Origin: Lepidodermella squamata
Lineage: Eukaryota; Animalia; Gastrotricha
Direction: 5' to 3'
Assembly: GCA_047495785.1 (NCBI GenBank)
Contig: JBLDXI010000048.1
Span: forward strand, 248,001-312,000
DNA length: 64,000 bases
Part shown: piece by piece, positions 49,557 through 61,945 of the stretch
Layout of the letters: each line of letters starts with the position of its first letter
Numbering within the stretch: the stretch's first letter is position 1
Notes under the pieces: generated by a model
Told to the model about the DNA's origin: nothing
What the model saw: only the letters and a program-made list of their open reading frames with translations
The model's database searches: none
Program-made: the position numbers and the translations under genes

Positions 49557-52517
49557 ATGACTGTGGTAGAAGTATTGATAACTCTTCTCCAAATTATGGC
49601 ACATCTATCAGCGAAACTGAGTCTTGACGAGTCGATACCTGAGCTGGTCGTGTCGCCTCGAGCTAATTCAAGCCGAACCCTGCTTAAAGTGCTGGCAAGC
49701 GTTACTTACTCTGGTTTGTTCCCAGCCGGGCCTCTGTGTACAGTAGCTCATCGAGCAGCGCTAGAGAACTTGAGGAAGCAACCCAACTGGCTGCCTCATT
49801 ACGACTTGGGATTCGAGTATTTCGATGATTCGGTAAAGTGATCTTCCCTCTTCCCACACTCAAACGTTATCTGAACCCGTATCTTCATATTTTCAAGTGT
49901 GATGATGCATTAGGAATCGGTGAATTCACGACTCGGATCCTCGACATCAGAAATGTAGAAAATCGCTTTCCTTTCGCCGTTCTGACTGAATGCAGCCCTC
50001 AAACGCAGAGCCTTACCGCGATGATGCTGAAACAGTTCAATTTCGTAGGGGTTAGTTGAGTTGTAGTAACAGCTTCCTTCACCCTAGATGTAATGTTTCT
50101 CTGTTTCAGTTGTCGATCTACCCTGTCACCTTCGACGTTTTGACAGATCGAAAAAGATTCGCAAATTTCTTCGCGATAGGAGATACCCCTGACTGCTACT
50201 CCCGGGCTTTGTCGCAATTCATGAAGGCAATGAACTGGTATAATGTGGCGATCATTTCAGAAACAAATCCTTATTCAACTTTGGTTAGCTTGGATGATGA
50301 TAACATGACGCCATTATTGATTCAAAGCCGCCAATTTTAGATGGATACCTACTTTTCGCAACATTTTGAGACCGTTGGAATTCGACTTCTGTATCAAGAA
50401 AAGGTCAATTTCGATCTGAGCTACGAATATCTCTCCCTGGAGCAATTCAAATCACATGATCCGAGAATTATTGTGGTCAATACCTTCAACAATGCCCTAA
50501 CGTTATGCCTGCTTTATAAAAACGGGCTCTACGGTCCGAAATACGTGTTTCTGCTGCCGAATTGGGTCAACATCGGCAGCCCACCGGTTATCCCAGAGAA
50601 AGCTGATTGGTGCACGATGGAAGCGGTGTTAAAAGTGCGTTGCTACTCGGTACTCGGTGCTACGTTTGTTACCAATGATTCCTATTTGAAGGCATTAGAG
50701 AGTGTCATTCGACTTTCTGACATGACCGTGGACACCACCGTTGGCAATACGTTTCCAGACAGCCCCGGTCAATCTTTGCACGACCTTCAAACGATTCTAG
50801 CCGAGAATATCGAAAGCCCTCAAACGTCACGCAGCTACGAATATTGGCCAACAATTTGCTACGACCAGGCATTAGCCACAGGCATCATTCTTAACGCAAC
50901 CGAAGCAGTCCTCAGAGATCGTAATAGAGCTATCAATTTTCAATCCAGAAAAATTCAATTATTTCCAACAGGCAACGAAACGTTATCTGATTGGTTCACT
51001 AACGATGAGAATTTTCGCACTTTGGGTGCCGAACTTGCGAGCGTGTTGAAAGAAGTCATGCTTAAGATTAGTTTTACGGGTTTGAAGGCGAACTATGAAT
51101 TCAATAAAACCATGTTCGTGGTTGGATTCAGTCAAACCCGTGTGATCGACAATGTAACCACCAGCGAGCTCGTGGCGATCTCGTCTCCCAGTCACAATAA
51201 AAATCGAACAATGATTCTTAGACAGACAGCTGTGAACTGGCGAACGGAGGGTAATATACCTCCAGTTGATTCGCCACGCGTCATTCGAGATCTGCAAAGC
51301 ACGCTGCCTCTATCGCTCAACGCAGCAATGAAAGGTATGGAACTAAAAATTTTCGAACTCCCGGGCGAAGTCAAATAATGATGGAAACAATGCTATTATC
51401 AAAGCGTATGGCTGTGTTGAAAATGAGCACATCATCTCCTGAAAATGAGAATACTTCCCAAATTTAAACGCACTTAGAAACGCACTTTAAACGCACACTT
51501 AGATTTTAAACTGCAACTGACAACTGACTACGAAAGCAAAATGTGATTTCTTGAAGGATTCGCCATAGCTTTGGCTTTGGTCGCTATTCTAATGCCGATA
51601 ATGCCTTTTCTGTCGAAGAACACGGCCAACATCAAGAGCCGTTTTACCTGGCCTTTGAGAATCATGCTACTCGGTGACGCCGTCATGGTCTCGCACGTCT
51701 TCGCAATATCTGTAACCAGGATGTCAAGCGAAAAAAGCTGTAATGGAATGGTAATGCTGTTGTCAGCTGGGTTTTCGCTCGTTACATCAGCCACTGCTCA
51801 TCAAATAAGCTTGAACAAGCCAAATGTTCGATTTTCATGGTCGAACTGTATGATTATCTTATGGGCGCTTTTGCACCTGGTTCTGATCGGTATTGCTCTT
51901 GGCGTTTCACCAACTCGCTGGAAACAAATAACTTTAATTGGTGATTCGACCGATGCTAACGAGGGCAGATGGAAAGTTGAGTCATACCGAATTGATTGCA
52001 TGTTCGGCTTTTTCGCTTCAACAGCGGCATTAGCGTTATTTTCAACGTCGGTAACCTTGCACGGCATTATGGTTATCTACAGTGTCAAGGTGGCTTCAAA
52101 ATCTTCACGGATTCACCGTTTTATCGAATTGAAATTTTTATCGATGGAGTACTGAATATTCTTCGGTTTCTAATCCTAACTCCAATTTCATAGCGGTTAT
52201 CGTTTAAAGACATTTCGGATTTCTGACGCATATTACTTATTTTCTTTCAGAATGCTAGACATCGTCGCGTGAGTTGGCTGGCTATTCATGCGCTATGCAG
52301 CTGTGGCGTTATTATAGCGGCTGTTGTCATCGCCGTATTAGACTGGGCCAGTGCGCGTCACGTGACCATAACCGTAGCTTGCGCTTCGCTGATCTTCGTC
52401 GCCATTAACGAAGCAGCCGTAGTGTTGCATTTGCGACAGCCGCAAATCCGAAAACCACGGCGCCGGAATCGTCAACCAGTAATCAATAGGCCTCAAAATA
52501 ACTCTCCGATCATATGA
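49557..52517 (+). CDS. Divergent GABA-B-like class C GPCR paralog
   Basis: Same exon layout and motifs as 45418-48204; donor site of the last intron is uncertain. Confidence 0.75.
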
Positions 52518-52519
52518 TT

Positions 52520-52720
52520 TTACTTATTGATAATCTCGGACTGCGGGTCGAACCCTGGAAATTCTTTGGTAACCTTGGCTTCATTGTCGGATGACAACAA
52601 GTCGAGTACAGCGGAATGCTGGGCTAATGCCTCGGACTGTGAAGCTGTCAGTGTAGTCAAACGCTCCAAAATCGCAGCCAAGTCACTCATGATGGCGTTT
52701 TTCTCGCGTCGCCAATTTGT
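52520..52720 (-). mobile_element. Gypsy-like LTR retrotransposon remnant (PBS + gag N-terminus)
   Basis: CA-aat-TGGCGACG PBS-like motif (52705-52719) followed by ATG 52690 MSDLAAILERL...FPGFDPQSE, resembling gag starts. Confidence 0.45.
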
Positions 52721-53983
52721 TTTCCTTTTTAATTTGCAGTGAAAAACATGCAGAAAAACGCGAAATTTGAATTTTTCGTCGTTCACTTTTCTAGGGGGGG
52801 GGGGGGTCTGCAAATAAGCAAACTTTTCATGAATCATTTTGGCACACATAAATGTACTAGCGTGTCAGATCTCTCTTTTTTATTTATCTATGATTTATCT
52901 ATGCTAGCGTGTCAGATCTACTGTATTTATTATTTATTTCTCCACGCAGGATACAAAGAAAACGACCAGGTAAAACGACATTATTAATTTTCATTTACGA
53001 GCAACCATTGGTAGTAATAGTCCCTGAGTCACAAACATGCAGGATCAGAGGATTGAACGACCAAGGCAGTATTAACGGAGTGCGGCCAGGAAGAATTTCA
53101 AAGAAGGATTTAAAATATTCTGTTGGCGTCTCAAGACTCAATATAATTGCTTTTTTCGACTTCCTAACTGGACTTCATCATAGACATCCAGCTCATTACA
53201 GGACGAAAACCCCGATAATTCGGGATTTGAAATTGCATTTCGTGAATTTCGGAATTGATGTTGGGATCCACCCACCAGTTTTCTAGGCATAGTATACACA
53301 GCGGTGTACACAGCCAAAGACCGAAGACAAATGGGAGGCCATCATGGCAATTATCTTTACACCCACTTTTAGATGACCAAATGGCCAAATGAATCAGTTT
53401 TATTTTTCGTCCTCCGTAGGCACCCACTTTTAGCTGGATTTTCTTCTTATTTACCGCAAAAAGAATAAGATCGATCGCGTTAGTTTCCACTGGAGTGCGG
53501 CCAAATTTCCGGCTTTTTCATTCTACCTATAATTGCGACTCGAGTGATGAAAAATTTACTGTCAAGAATTAAAGAATAAGGCATTTTGTAGCATCCCTTA
53601 TCGTGGCTGGGCCGGCGCCAGATCATAGCATCCCATTGCCAGTAAACTAAGAAGGCTATTTACTCAAAATGAGCCTGTGGAACCTCGATTCATAGGGTCA
53701 TTTATTGTCCAAGCCGAGCTTGTCTTACTTCTTCCTTCCATCGACATTCGTGCGATGCGTGAGAATGTGAAAAGCGTCCGACTTTCCCCTTCGTAAAATA
53801 AACACAGTATAATTTAGGTCGCTCGACTTTTATTCGAAATCAACAATCGGATCGTGTCGGAAAAAAACTTCTCATACCTATGCAAGAGAGAAAAAGCGGC
53901 GAAAACACATCATCACGCAGCAATGTTCTTCTTATATTAAACATTTACACAATGTTCTTCAACATTCTACACGCTTTCCATGT

Positions 53984-55059
53984 TCATGCTGACGCGGGTA
54001 GCTCGAACTCATCGATATTGACTCCTCTGTTCCAGCGAACTTCCTCGACAAGAGACTTCAAGAACAACTGCTCGTCAATGGTCTCATAATTTTGCACGAA
54101 TTCCGCTTCGGCATCCAACATTTGTCGCAGGGCCCGGCCGCTGAGATAGTAGGATTTAGCCGCGCCTAGGCCTTCCTCGATAAGCTGGCATTCGTAGTTA
54201 GATTTGACTCGATGCGCAACAGCTTTTTTTAAACGCTCGCGGGTTGATTCGTCCAGTTCGCAAAATGTCTTCCCACCGTGATGCTCGTACGCCTCGCTGT
54301 CCAGGTCGATATCAGACTTGGAACGAACGAAAATGCACTCTTGGCCATTTTTCTTCGCCTGGAGCCCGTAATCAATGTCGAACTGTGACAGCCGGTTGCC
54401 AGTCACGATGATGAGCGCGTCCATGAAGTACAGGAAATTGTCCAGGTAATACTCGGCAACCGGATGCTTCAGAGTCGCGGCTCCAGGATGGTCCCAGAAA
54501 ACGAACGAAGGGTTGAAGAAGCTTTCATACTTGGACGGCACTTCAGTTGTTTCGACAACTCCAACCGCGGCGTTTTGGCGAAGAAACGCATTGAGCAGCG
54601 TCGATTTGCCATTTCCAGCCCCGCCAATGATCGCAAAGTTGAACTTGCCCGTATCAAGGTTGTGCGATTTAGCTTTCTGCCGAAGTTCTTCCTGAGCAAG
54701 CTTTCGCTCAGCGTCGAGGGCAGCTAGCCTTTCCATTTTCTCCCCTTGGAGCTTCGCCGCAACTTCTTCATCTGTCGACAGTTGCAACTTCAACTGCAGT
54801 TGAGCTAATTGTTGCTTCATTTCCTGAAGGTGCGGCGTCATATCCTACGAATAAAAAGAACATCTAAATTGTGGATTCGGAGAAGTTATGAAATTATTTA
54901 CCACAACTTGAACAGGAGCTTGGGCATCTGATCGTGGAAGAAACTCTTTCAGCACACGGAGTAATGCAACCCCAGGGACAACATATTTCTGGATGCTTCC
55001 GTCGTTGAACTTGCAAGAAAAACATTACAATAAAAACATGTTAATCTTCTGACCGACAT
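53984..55059 (-). CDS. IRG/IIGP-like GTPase, subtype A; main exon 54844..53984, exon 55009..54902, tentative micro-exon 55059..55054
   Basis: G1 GGAGNGKS, G2 VGVVETT, G3 WDHPG, G4 RSKSD; coiled-coil N-terminus; 5' end tentative. Confidence 0.85.
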
Positions 55060-55737
55060 TTTCTTGCTTAACACGTAGAAATAAATTAGAAATGCCACCA
55101 GATTTCTCATCAATTTCTCAATCAAGAATTCACCCAGAGGTAGAAACAGGTAGGAAAACAGGTCAAAGCTCAAATCTCAGGATTGCAGGCAGCAAATCAA
55201 ACGATTAGCACAAACAACTCTTCATTTTTGCTTTTTGAAATGAAAGGGTTAAAACTGGCTGGTAACCGGCCGGGTGGGCTGTCACGGGCCAGGTTGGGTT
55301 GGGAAAAGCTACCTGTTTCCACCTGAGGATTCACTTGAATAGCGTAATACGTTGAATTCTCACTATGAAATTAAATCATTGTAGATTATATAGGAATCGT
55401 TTCAGGTAATTCATGGAATAAATTGGCTAAACAACTGAGACGCAAATTTTAGTATTAGCATGACTGATTACTGACGTCTAGCACGTCAAACATTCTTCTA
55501 TGAATTTTCCAGCATTAACAAATCAAGAGAGGGAAAGATAAATAGAGAAAATAGAAAAATACCTGCATCGCAAGCCTGGCGAATGCTTCTAATATGCTCG
55601 ATTCCAGTGGCATTTGAATATATACGTTAGGGAATGTTCCTATAAACGCAAATCAAATCAAAGTGAATTAATAAAATTTCTTGACTTTTTTATCATTATT
55701 TGAAGCGGATTTTTTAATGGTATAGCGATATCATAGT

Positions 55738-55818
55738 AGATAATACTTCAAAAAATAAGGCCAAGGATCCGTACACCAGGTGTACGGATCCTTGGCCTTA
55801 TTTTTTTAAGTATTATCT
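55738..55818. repeat. 81-bp palindrome (40-bp arms, 1 mismatch, 1-nt spacer)
   Basis: AGATAATACTT(C)AAAAAATAAGGCCAAGGATCCGTACACC-A-GGTGTACGGATCCTTGGCCTTATTTTTT(T)AAGTATTATCT. Confidence 0.95.
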
Positions 55819-56339
55819 TTTATCATTAATAGGTCTTCTTTTGCAAAGTAGATGTTCATCCGTAAATTGAAGAAATAGAAACTCGGAACAATTATTTGCT
55901 AGGAAATTTTGAATGGAAATGTATGAGTAACGAAGTATATTTAAGTAAATTGAAGGCATGATCTACGATCCAAGAATTTGGATCGCAATGCTTATCCTAG
56001 TGATACGAGCATTGGATCCAGTTTTACGATACCATCGATGCCAGTGATTTTTAATTGCTGGCACGCGATTGCTCCACGGCTTCACGTTTCTTCTTCAAGG
56101 ATTCATATTCAACGGCGCATGACGCAGCGCCGCTTTTTTCAGCTACTCAATTCATATTAACACTTCTGCAAAAAATAATTTAGCAATCTAATCTTTCCAC
56201 GTCCAAATAGAATAACTAATGTTTCCTTTTTCCTTACACCAAATGAGACACACGTTCATAAATCAATTAAACGTTACTTTGCTATAATGCACTGAAAATG
56301 TTTAGGTCGAATTTGATTTGTTGATCTGACTTCCTTATC

Positions 56340-57335
56340 ATGGGTAATCTTTTCGGCCGTACTGAAGTCATTGAGTATCGAGTCCCGCCGGAAATATCGG
56401 TATGATGCCCAAACCGCAATTCTTTTCGAAATTTGCCAAACTTTTGTTACTAGAAAATGCTCGAAACACTCCAAGCCCAAATATCGCAGCTGCAAAACAA
56501 CATCGCACATGAAACCGATAAAGCTGTGAAGCAAAAGCTGCTCGAAGAAAAGCAACGCATCGAAGCTGAGAAAGAGGCTAAGCGCAAGCAAATGGAGGCG
56601 GAAATCAAGCAGAAGGCGAAAGATTACGGCCTAAACCTGGACAAATTCAACTTCGCCATAATTGGGAACGCTGGCGTTGGCAAGTCAAGCCTAATCAATG
56701 CGCTGGTTCCGGGCGCGAAGGCTCACGTGAGCGTTGTCGAAGGCACAATGAAGCCTACGCCTTACGCCGATAACGCGAACAACGTCGTGTTCTGGGACGT
56801 GCCCGGTTCGGCAACGAAAAAGCATCCAGTTGTGAGTTATTACGCTGACAACTTCCTGTACCTGATGGACTCATTGATCATTGTGACTGGCACTCGCCTG
56901 TCTGAATTTGACGTTGGGTTTGCGAAAGAAGCTATTCGACATGGTCAGAGAGTTGTTTTCGTGAGGTCGAAAGCTGATGTGGATCTAGCCAGCGAATACT
57001 ACGACTCGGAAAATAAATATTGGGAGGACTGTCCAGTCAATGATCGAAGACGTGTGGCCGACAACGTCAGAAATAAAATCAAGACCAACTACAGAGACCA
57101 ATTTCTGGAGTACAACGTCGCGAGAATGAAGGATGGCGCGGAGGTTCCGTTCCATTTCATCAGTTCGCGAACCGTCAAAGAAATCATCGATGGCGTTGAA
57201 ACTAGCCGATGCAAGTGGCCATTGTTGGATGAGAAGCAGCTATTGAAGGGGCTATTTGAGCAACTGAAGAAAGACGGAGCTTTTCGAAATATTGATCAAT
57301 TCATTCTTCCCAAGTTTCTTGCTTCCGATTATTGA
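56340..57335 (+). CDS. IRG/IIGP-like GTPase, subtype B, join(56340..56399, 56454..57335)
   Basis: MGNLFG start; GNAGVGKSS, VSVVEGT, WDVPG, RSKAD. Confidence 0.88.
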
Positions 57336-57897
57336 TTGCTGTCAAGGTGTACTTATGTGTGAGTGTCACCAGTTGTGTTGTGAAATCCAATGAATTGTTG
57401 ATGTCAACAATTTTTGATGCGTTTCTTTTGATTTGAAACTTGAATTTGAATAAATTTCCATGTATTCACGAGATCGTATTTTTGGAAATTACTGAACATG
57501 GTGAAATATTTTCTATGGGACATGGTGAAACATACTGGCCTCTGGCCTTCCTCCAGACATTCACTTTCTATCAGTTTTATGGCGAATTTCTCTGCTCTCG
57601 GAAAAAGCTGTTGCGGCAATATTAATAAATTTTCCGTTCGATTCGCTAAATGAAATCATACTGCAAAATACACAGACATAAATGGCAAAATACATAAGTG
57701 GCAAATGTTGGAGATTTGCCTCGCAAAACCCTGACACAGAAATCCAGGCGATTGGTGGAAATCGTAGTTGATTAGTATCAGTACTATTGAGTCGCGGATT
57801 TGAGGCTGGGTCCTCTGTGCTATGGTTTTCGCATAGCTCAGTGAAATTATATCCAAACTAAGATATCATTTCAAGGAAGCTATCGCCAATTTGTCAC

Positions 57898-57938
57898 GGT
57901 TCTTTGGAGTAGTGGTTTAGCACTCTTGCTTTCTGAAT
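57898..57938 (+). pseudogene. 5' half of tRNA-Gln(CTG), truncated
   Basis: GGTTCtTTGGaGTAGTGGTTTAGCACTCT...TCTGAAT resembles the eukaryotic tRNA-Gln 5' half and abuts tRNA-Pro. Confidence 0.55.
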
Positions 57939-58010
57939 GGCAAGTTGGTCCAGTGGTATGATCCTCGCTTAGGGTGCGAGAGGTCACGGGTTCAATTCCC
58001 GGACAGGCCC
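57939..58010 (+). tRNA. tRNA-Pro(AGG), possibly degenerate
   Basis: CTCGC-TTAGGGT-GCGAG anticodon arm, TTCAATT loop; two acceptor-stem mismatches and one T-stem mismatch. Confidence 0.8.
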
Positions 58011-58061
58011 CTGTGTTTTTAGGCCGAAACAAGCAAGTGACAAACTTTGTCCAGAAGAAGC

Positions 58062-58135
58062 GACATCCGTTGCTCAATTGGCAGAGCGTCTGACTCCAGA
58101 TCAGAAGGTTGCGTGTTCAAGTCACGTCGGGGTCA
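58062..58135 (+). tRNA. tRNA-Trp(CCA)
   Basis: TCTGA-CTCCAGA-TCAGA arm, GCGTG-TTCAAGT-CACGT; one extra nt in the acceptor stem. Confidence 0.85.
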
Positions 58136-58201
58136 TAATTTTGAAATTATTGCAGTTTATTTGTCAGCTCACAGCCTGCTTCAGGTTAGCTGAACTCATC
58201 T

Positions 58202-58275
58202 GGCCGCTTAGCTCAGTTGGTTAGAGCGTCGTGCTAATAACGCGAAGGTCGTGAGTTCGATCCTCCCAGTGGCCA
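58202..58275 (+). tRNA. tRNA-Ile(AAT)
   Basis: GGCCGCT/AGTGGCC acceptor, TCGTG-CTAATAA-CGCGA arm, T-run downstream; one T-stem mismatch. Confidence 0.9.
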
Positions 58276-58344
58276 CTCATTTTTTGGCGTGAATACATCT
58301 CTCAATAGGAGGAAAAGCTATTGTGCAATAACATCGCCACCAAA

Positions 58345-58430
58345 CCCGCGATAGCTCAGCTGGTAGAGCGGAGGACTGTAGATGCAACGCAGCTATCCTT
58401 AGGTCGGTGGTTCAAGTCCGCCTCGCGGGA
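58345..58430 (+). tRNA. tRNA-Tyr(GTA) with 13-nt intron (58382-58394)
   Basis: CCCGCGA/TCGCGGG acceptor, GAGGA-CTGTAG-[intron]-ATCCTT, canonical D and T arms. Confidence 0.93.
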
Positions 58431-58830
58431 GTTGTCAGCTTTTTGAGTGAAAAATTGTGTAATTATTATTACAAATGTTTGCTGAGGGCTCTCGTCCATG
58501 CTGTGATGCAACAGTCGCTATGCCCGAGTGTTAACTATGCCATGTTACTCACTGCCTGTTGCTCCCATAGATATAATTCAGTTGCTTCTTTCACTCTGAT
58601 ATTATCTTTAGATAGTAAACAAACAGCTTTTTCCTACTGCGCCTTCTTTTATTTGAAAATCTCAGGCTCCAGGAAACAGAAAACCACAAAGAAAGTGGAC
58701 ATCAATGAACTGAAGCTACATCTGTGAAAGAAAAGACATCAAAACTTTATCACCGAATCTCAACACATATGTAGCTTGAAAAATTGCAAAGCAGGAGCTC
58801 AGACAAATTGCTTAGATCACTCTTCCATGT

Positions 58831-59841
58831 TCATGCTGACACGGGCAGCTGGAACTCATCAATAATGACTCCTCTGTTCCGGCGAGCTCCCTCGACTAGA
58901 CATTGTAAGAACAACTGCTCGTCAATGAACGGGTACCGTTGCTCAGAAGCGGCTTCGAAATCCAACATTTTCTGCAACGCGCGGCCGCTGAGATAGAAGA
59001 ACTTCGCCGAGCCAAGTCCGTTCTCGAAAAGCTGGCTTTCGTAGTTCGATTTGACTCGAAGTGCAATGTCATTTGTGAAACACTGGCGAGTTGATTCGTC
59101 AAGCTCGCAAAATGTCTTCCCACCATATTTGTCGTGCGCCTCGTTGTCCAGGTCGATATCAGACTTGGAACGAACGAAAATGCACTCTTGACCCATTTTC
59201 TTAGCCTGCAGACCGAATTCAATGTCGAACTGTGACAGCCGGTTGCCAGTCACGATGATGAGCGCGTCCATGAAGTACAGGAAATTGTCCAGGTAATACT
59301 CGCCAGCGGGATGCTTCGGGGTCATGGCTCCAGGATGGTCCCAGAAAACCAACGCAGGGTTGAAGGGGCTCACGTACTGTGATGGGGCCTCTGTCGTCTC
59401 GACCACTCCAACTGCAACGTTTCGGCGCAGAAACGCGTTAAGCAGCGTCGATTTTCCGCTCCCAGGGCCGCCGATAATCGCAAAGTTGAATTTGCTCGTA
59501 TCAAGGTTGTGCGATTTAGCTTTCTGCCGAAGTTGCTCCTCAGTGCGCTTCCGCTCAGCCTCCCGTGCCGCCAGTTTCTCCTCTTTCTCTTTTTCAAGCC
59601 GCTGAATAACTTCCTTATCTTCCGACACGCGCATCATCAACTGCACTTGGTCCAATTGCATCTTCATCGCCGTAAGTTCGGGCGTCATGTCCTGTACAAA
59701 AAACCACGTAAGCCCACTGGAATGCGGAGAGCGATAAGGTCTTACCACGACTTGAACAGGAACTTTCGATTCTGAGTGTGGTTGCCGCAGCTGCTCGAAT
59801 AATGCCATCACTGGACCGGCTAAGGCTGTCGAAAAGTCCAT
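58831..59841 (-). CDS. IRG/IIGP-like GTPase, subtype A, join(59841..59746, 59691..58831)
   Basis: GGPGSGKS, WDHPG, RSKSD; 54-bp in-frame intron at the PVQVV|DMTP position shared with paralogs. Confidence 0.88.
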   Translation of the reverse strand: MDFSTALAGPVMALFEQLRQPHSESKVPVQVVVRPYRSPHSSGLTWFFVQDMTPELTAMKMQLDQVQLMMRVSEDKEVIQRLEKEKEEKLAAREAERKRTEEQLRQKAKSHNLDTSKFNFAIIGGPGSGKSTLLNAFLRRNVAVGVVETTEAPSQYVSPFNPALVFWDHPGAMTPKHPAGEYYLDNFLYFMDALIIVTGNRLSQFDIEFGLQAKKMGQECIFVRSKSDIDLDNEAHDKYGGKTFCELDESTRQCFTNDIALRVKSNYESQLFENGLGSAKFFYLSGRALQKMLDFEAASEQRYPFIDEQLFLQCLVEGARRNRGVIIDEFQLPVSA

Positions 59842-60935
59842 TAGGTCATCCTGAGTCTAAAATCATAAAATATTTATGATTTATTAATATAATAATTTAA
59901 CGATCGAACCAGGGAACCGCATTTGACCCAATTATCACTGTTCGAATATGCGGATATGCTGCCGGGATACTTTTACATTTTACAATTAGACGTTCATCAT
60001 TAGACGTTATTTTTCAATATACACTCACGCCATTCGATTTAGCTTCCTCTCGCTGCTGCCCCAATACGGCTGCCTGCGGTTCGCTGGAGTCCTGTATCGG
60101 AATACCAGGGACATGCGGAGCTTCTAACAAAAATTCGGGAGGATGATATGGGTTTAGATTCAGAAATAAGTTGAATACCTTGTTGCGAATTTTCATCTGT
60201 AGCCGACATCATTGAATTTAAAGGATCCATCTATGAGTATCATAAGCAATAGCAGATATTTGCAATCCATGATCAATAAGGATCCAGTCAGATATCATAC
60301 ATAGCATCACGTTTCAGGAAAAATTTAGTCAGAATTAAGCCAAGATTGGATTGTCACCTATCTAAAAGTACAAATAGGGTGGGCCCAGATAAGCAGATTT
60401 TGGGTCGCCAAGCGAAAAAGGAGAGCGAAACATTGCTAAACTACAAACGTTAACCCACAATCGATGAACGCTCTGACAAAGGGCCATGGTGATTGCAAGA
60501 AGAGTAAACATAAATTAAAGTAACAATATTGCGTTGAAAAGTATAGTTTTTATCGGGAAAAGGTCGCCAAATAAAACAATTGAAGAAATAAATGACACGC
60601 TGTGAATGGTGTGTGAATACTCATATTTAAAACAGCGCAGCAATTCGCTGTTAGCTTGAAAAATGAATAATCTTGATCAAGCAAACGTTGGAGATGTGGA
60701 ACGATCGCGTGCCAACAATGAATCACGATAAATATGAATTATTTTCATTGTAATATTTTTACGTTGTTCTGATGGAAGAAATTGCACTTTTTGTTGTTTT
60801 TTCCCTTTAAAAACTGAAATGATGTGAGGCGCGAATTAGAGATATTTTACAACGAAATGTTTCTTTACTTGCAATGATGATTTGGTGATCTAATAGTATG
60901 CATGAAATGTTCAGGTTTAGACCTTCTTTTTCAAG

Positions 60936-61945
60936 ATGGATTTATTGAAAAATGTGGTTCTTCCTGCGGCGCAATTAATCCAGTTGTTGAAGCCACGCTC
61001 AACAGCTAAAGCCCCTGTTCAAGTCGTGGTAGGCCCTTTTCCATTCTGAGCATTACAGGCGGGTGTATGTACGTTCTTTTGCAGGACATGACGCCGCAAA
61101 TTATGGCAATGAAGCAGCAGCTAAATCACCTGCAGATGATGCTACTCGTGGCGAAAGATAAGGAAGTTGCTCGGCGGCATGAAGACGAGAAAAAGGAGAA
61201 GCAGGCAGCACTGGAGGCCGAGCGTCAGCGCGCACAGGAACAACTTCAGCAAAAGGCGAAATCGCACAACCTTGATACGAGCAAGTTCAACTTTGCGATC
61301 ATCGGCGCGGCTGGCAACGGCAAATCAACTCTGCTCAATGCGTTTCTTGGGCAAAACGTAGCAGTTGGAATAGTCGAGACAACAGAGGAGCCGTCGCAGC
61401 ACGTGAGCTCCTTCAACCCTGCGTTGGTTTTCTGGGACCATCCTGGAGCCATGACCCCGAAGCATCCCGCTGGCGAGTATTACCTGGACAATTTCCTGTA
61501 CTTCATGGACGCGCTCATCATCGTGACTGGCAACCGGTTGTCACAGTTCGACATTCAATTCGGGCTCCAGGCTAAGAAAAATGGCCAGGAGTGCATTTTC
61601 GTCCGTACGAAGTCTGATGTGGACCTGGACAACGAAGCTTACGAGCATCATGGTGGGAAGACATTTTGCGAACTGGACGTGTCAACTCGCCTGCGTTTGA
61701 CAAATGATGTCGCTCATCGGGTCAAATCGAACTACGAAAGCCAGCTTTTCGAGAACGGACTCGGCTCGGCCAAGTTATACTACCTCAGCGGACGCACGTT
61801 GCAGCAAATGATGGACTTTGAATCCGGATCCGAGCCGAAATACCCGATCATCGACGAGAAGTTGTTTCTGCAATGTCTAGTCGAGGGAGCTCGCAGGAAC
61901 CGAGGAATCAATATCGATGAGTTCCAGCTGCCCGTGTCAGCGTGA
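60936..61945 (+). CDS. IRG/IIGP-like GTPase, subtype A, join(60936..61028, 61085..61945)
   Basis: GAAGNGKS, VGIVETT, WDHPG, RTKSD. Confidence 0.88.

Noticed and set aside
52855-52920. Direct repeat CTAGCGTGTCAGATCT as a CRISPR-like array
   Set aside because: Two copies only, eukaryotic context, probably LTR-internal.
57826-57845. GCATAGCTCAGTG possible additional tRNA
   Set aside because: A-box-like fragment only, no cloverleaf.
59692-59745. In-frame 18-aa insertion in an IRG ORF
   Set aside because: It matches the GT-AG intron position of the paralogs, so it is treated as an intron.
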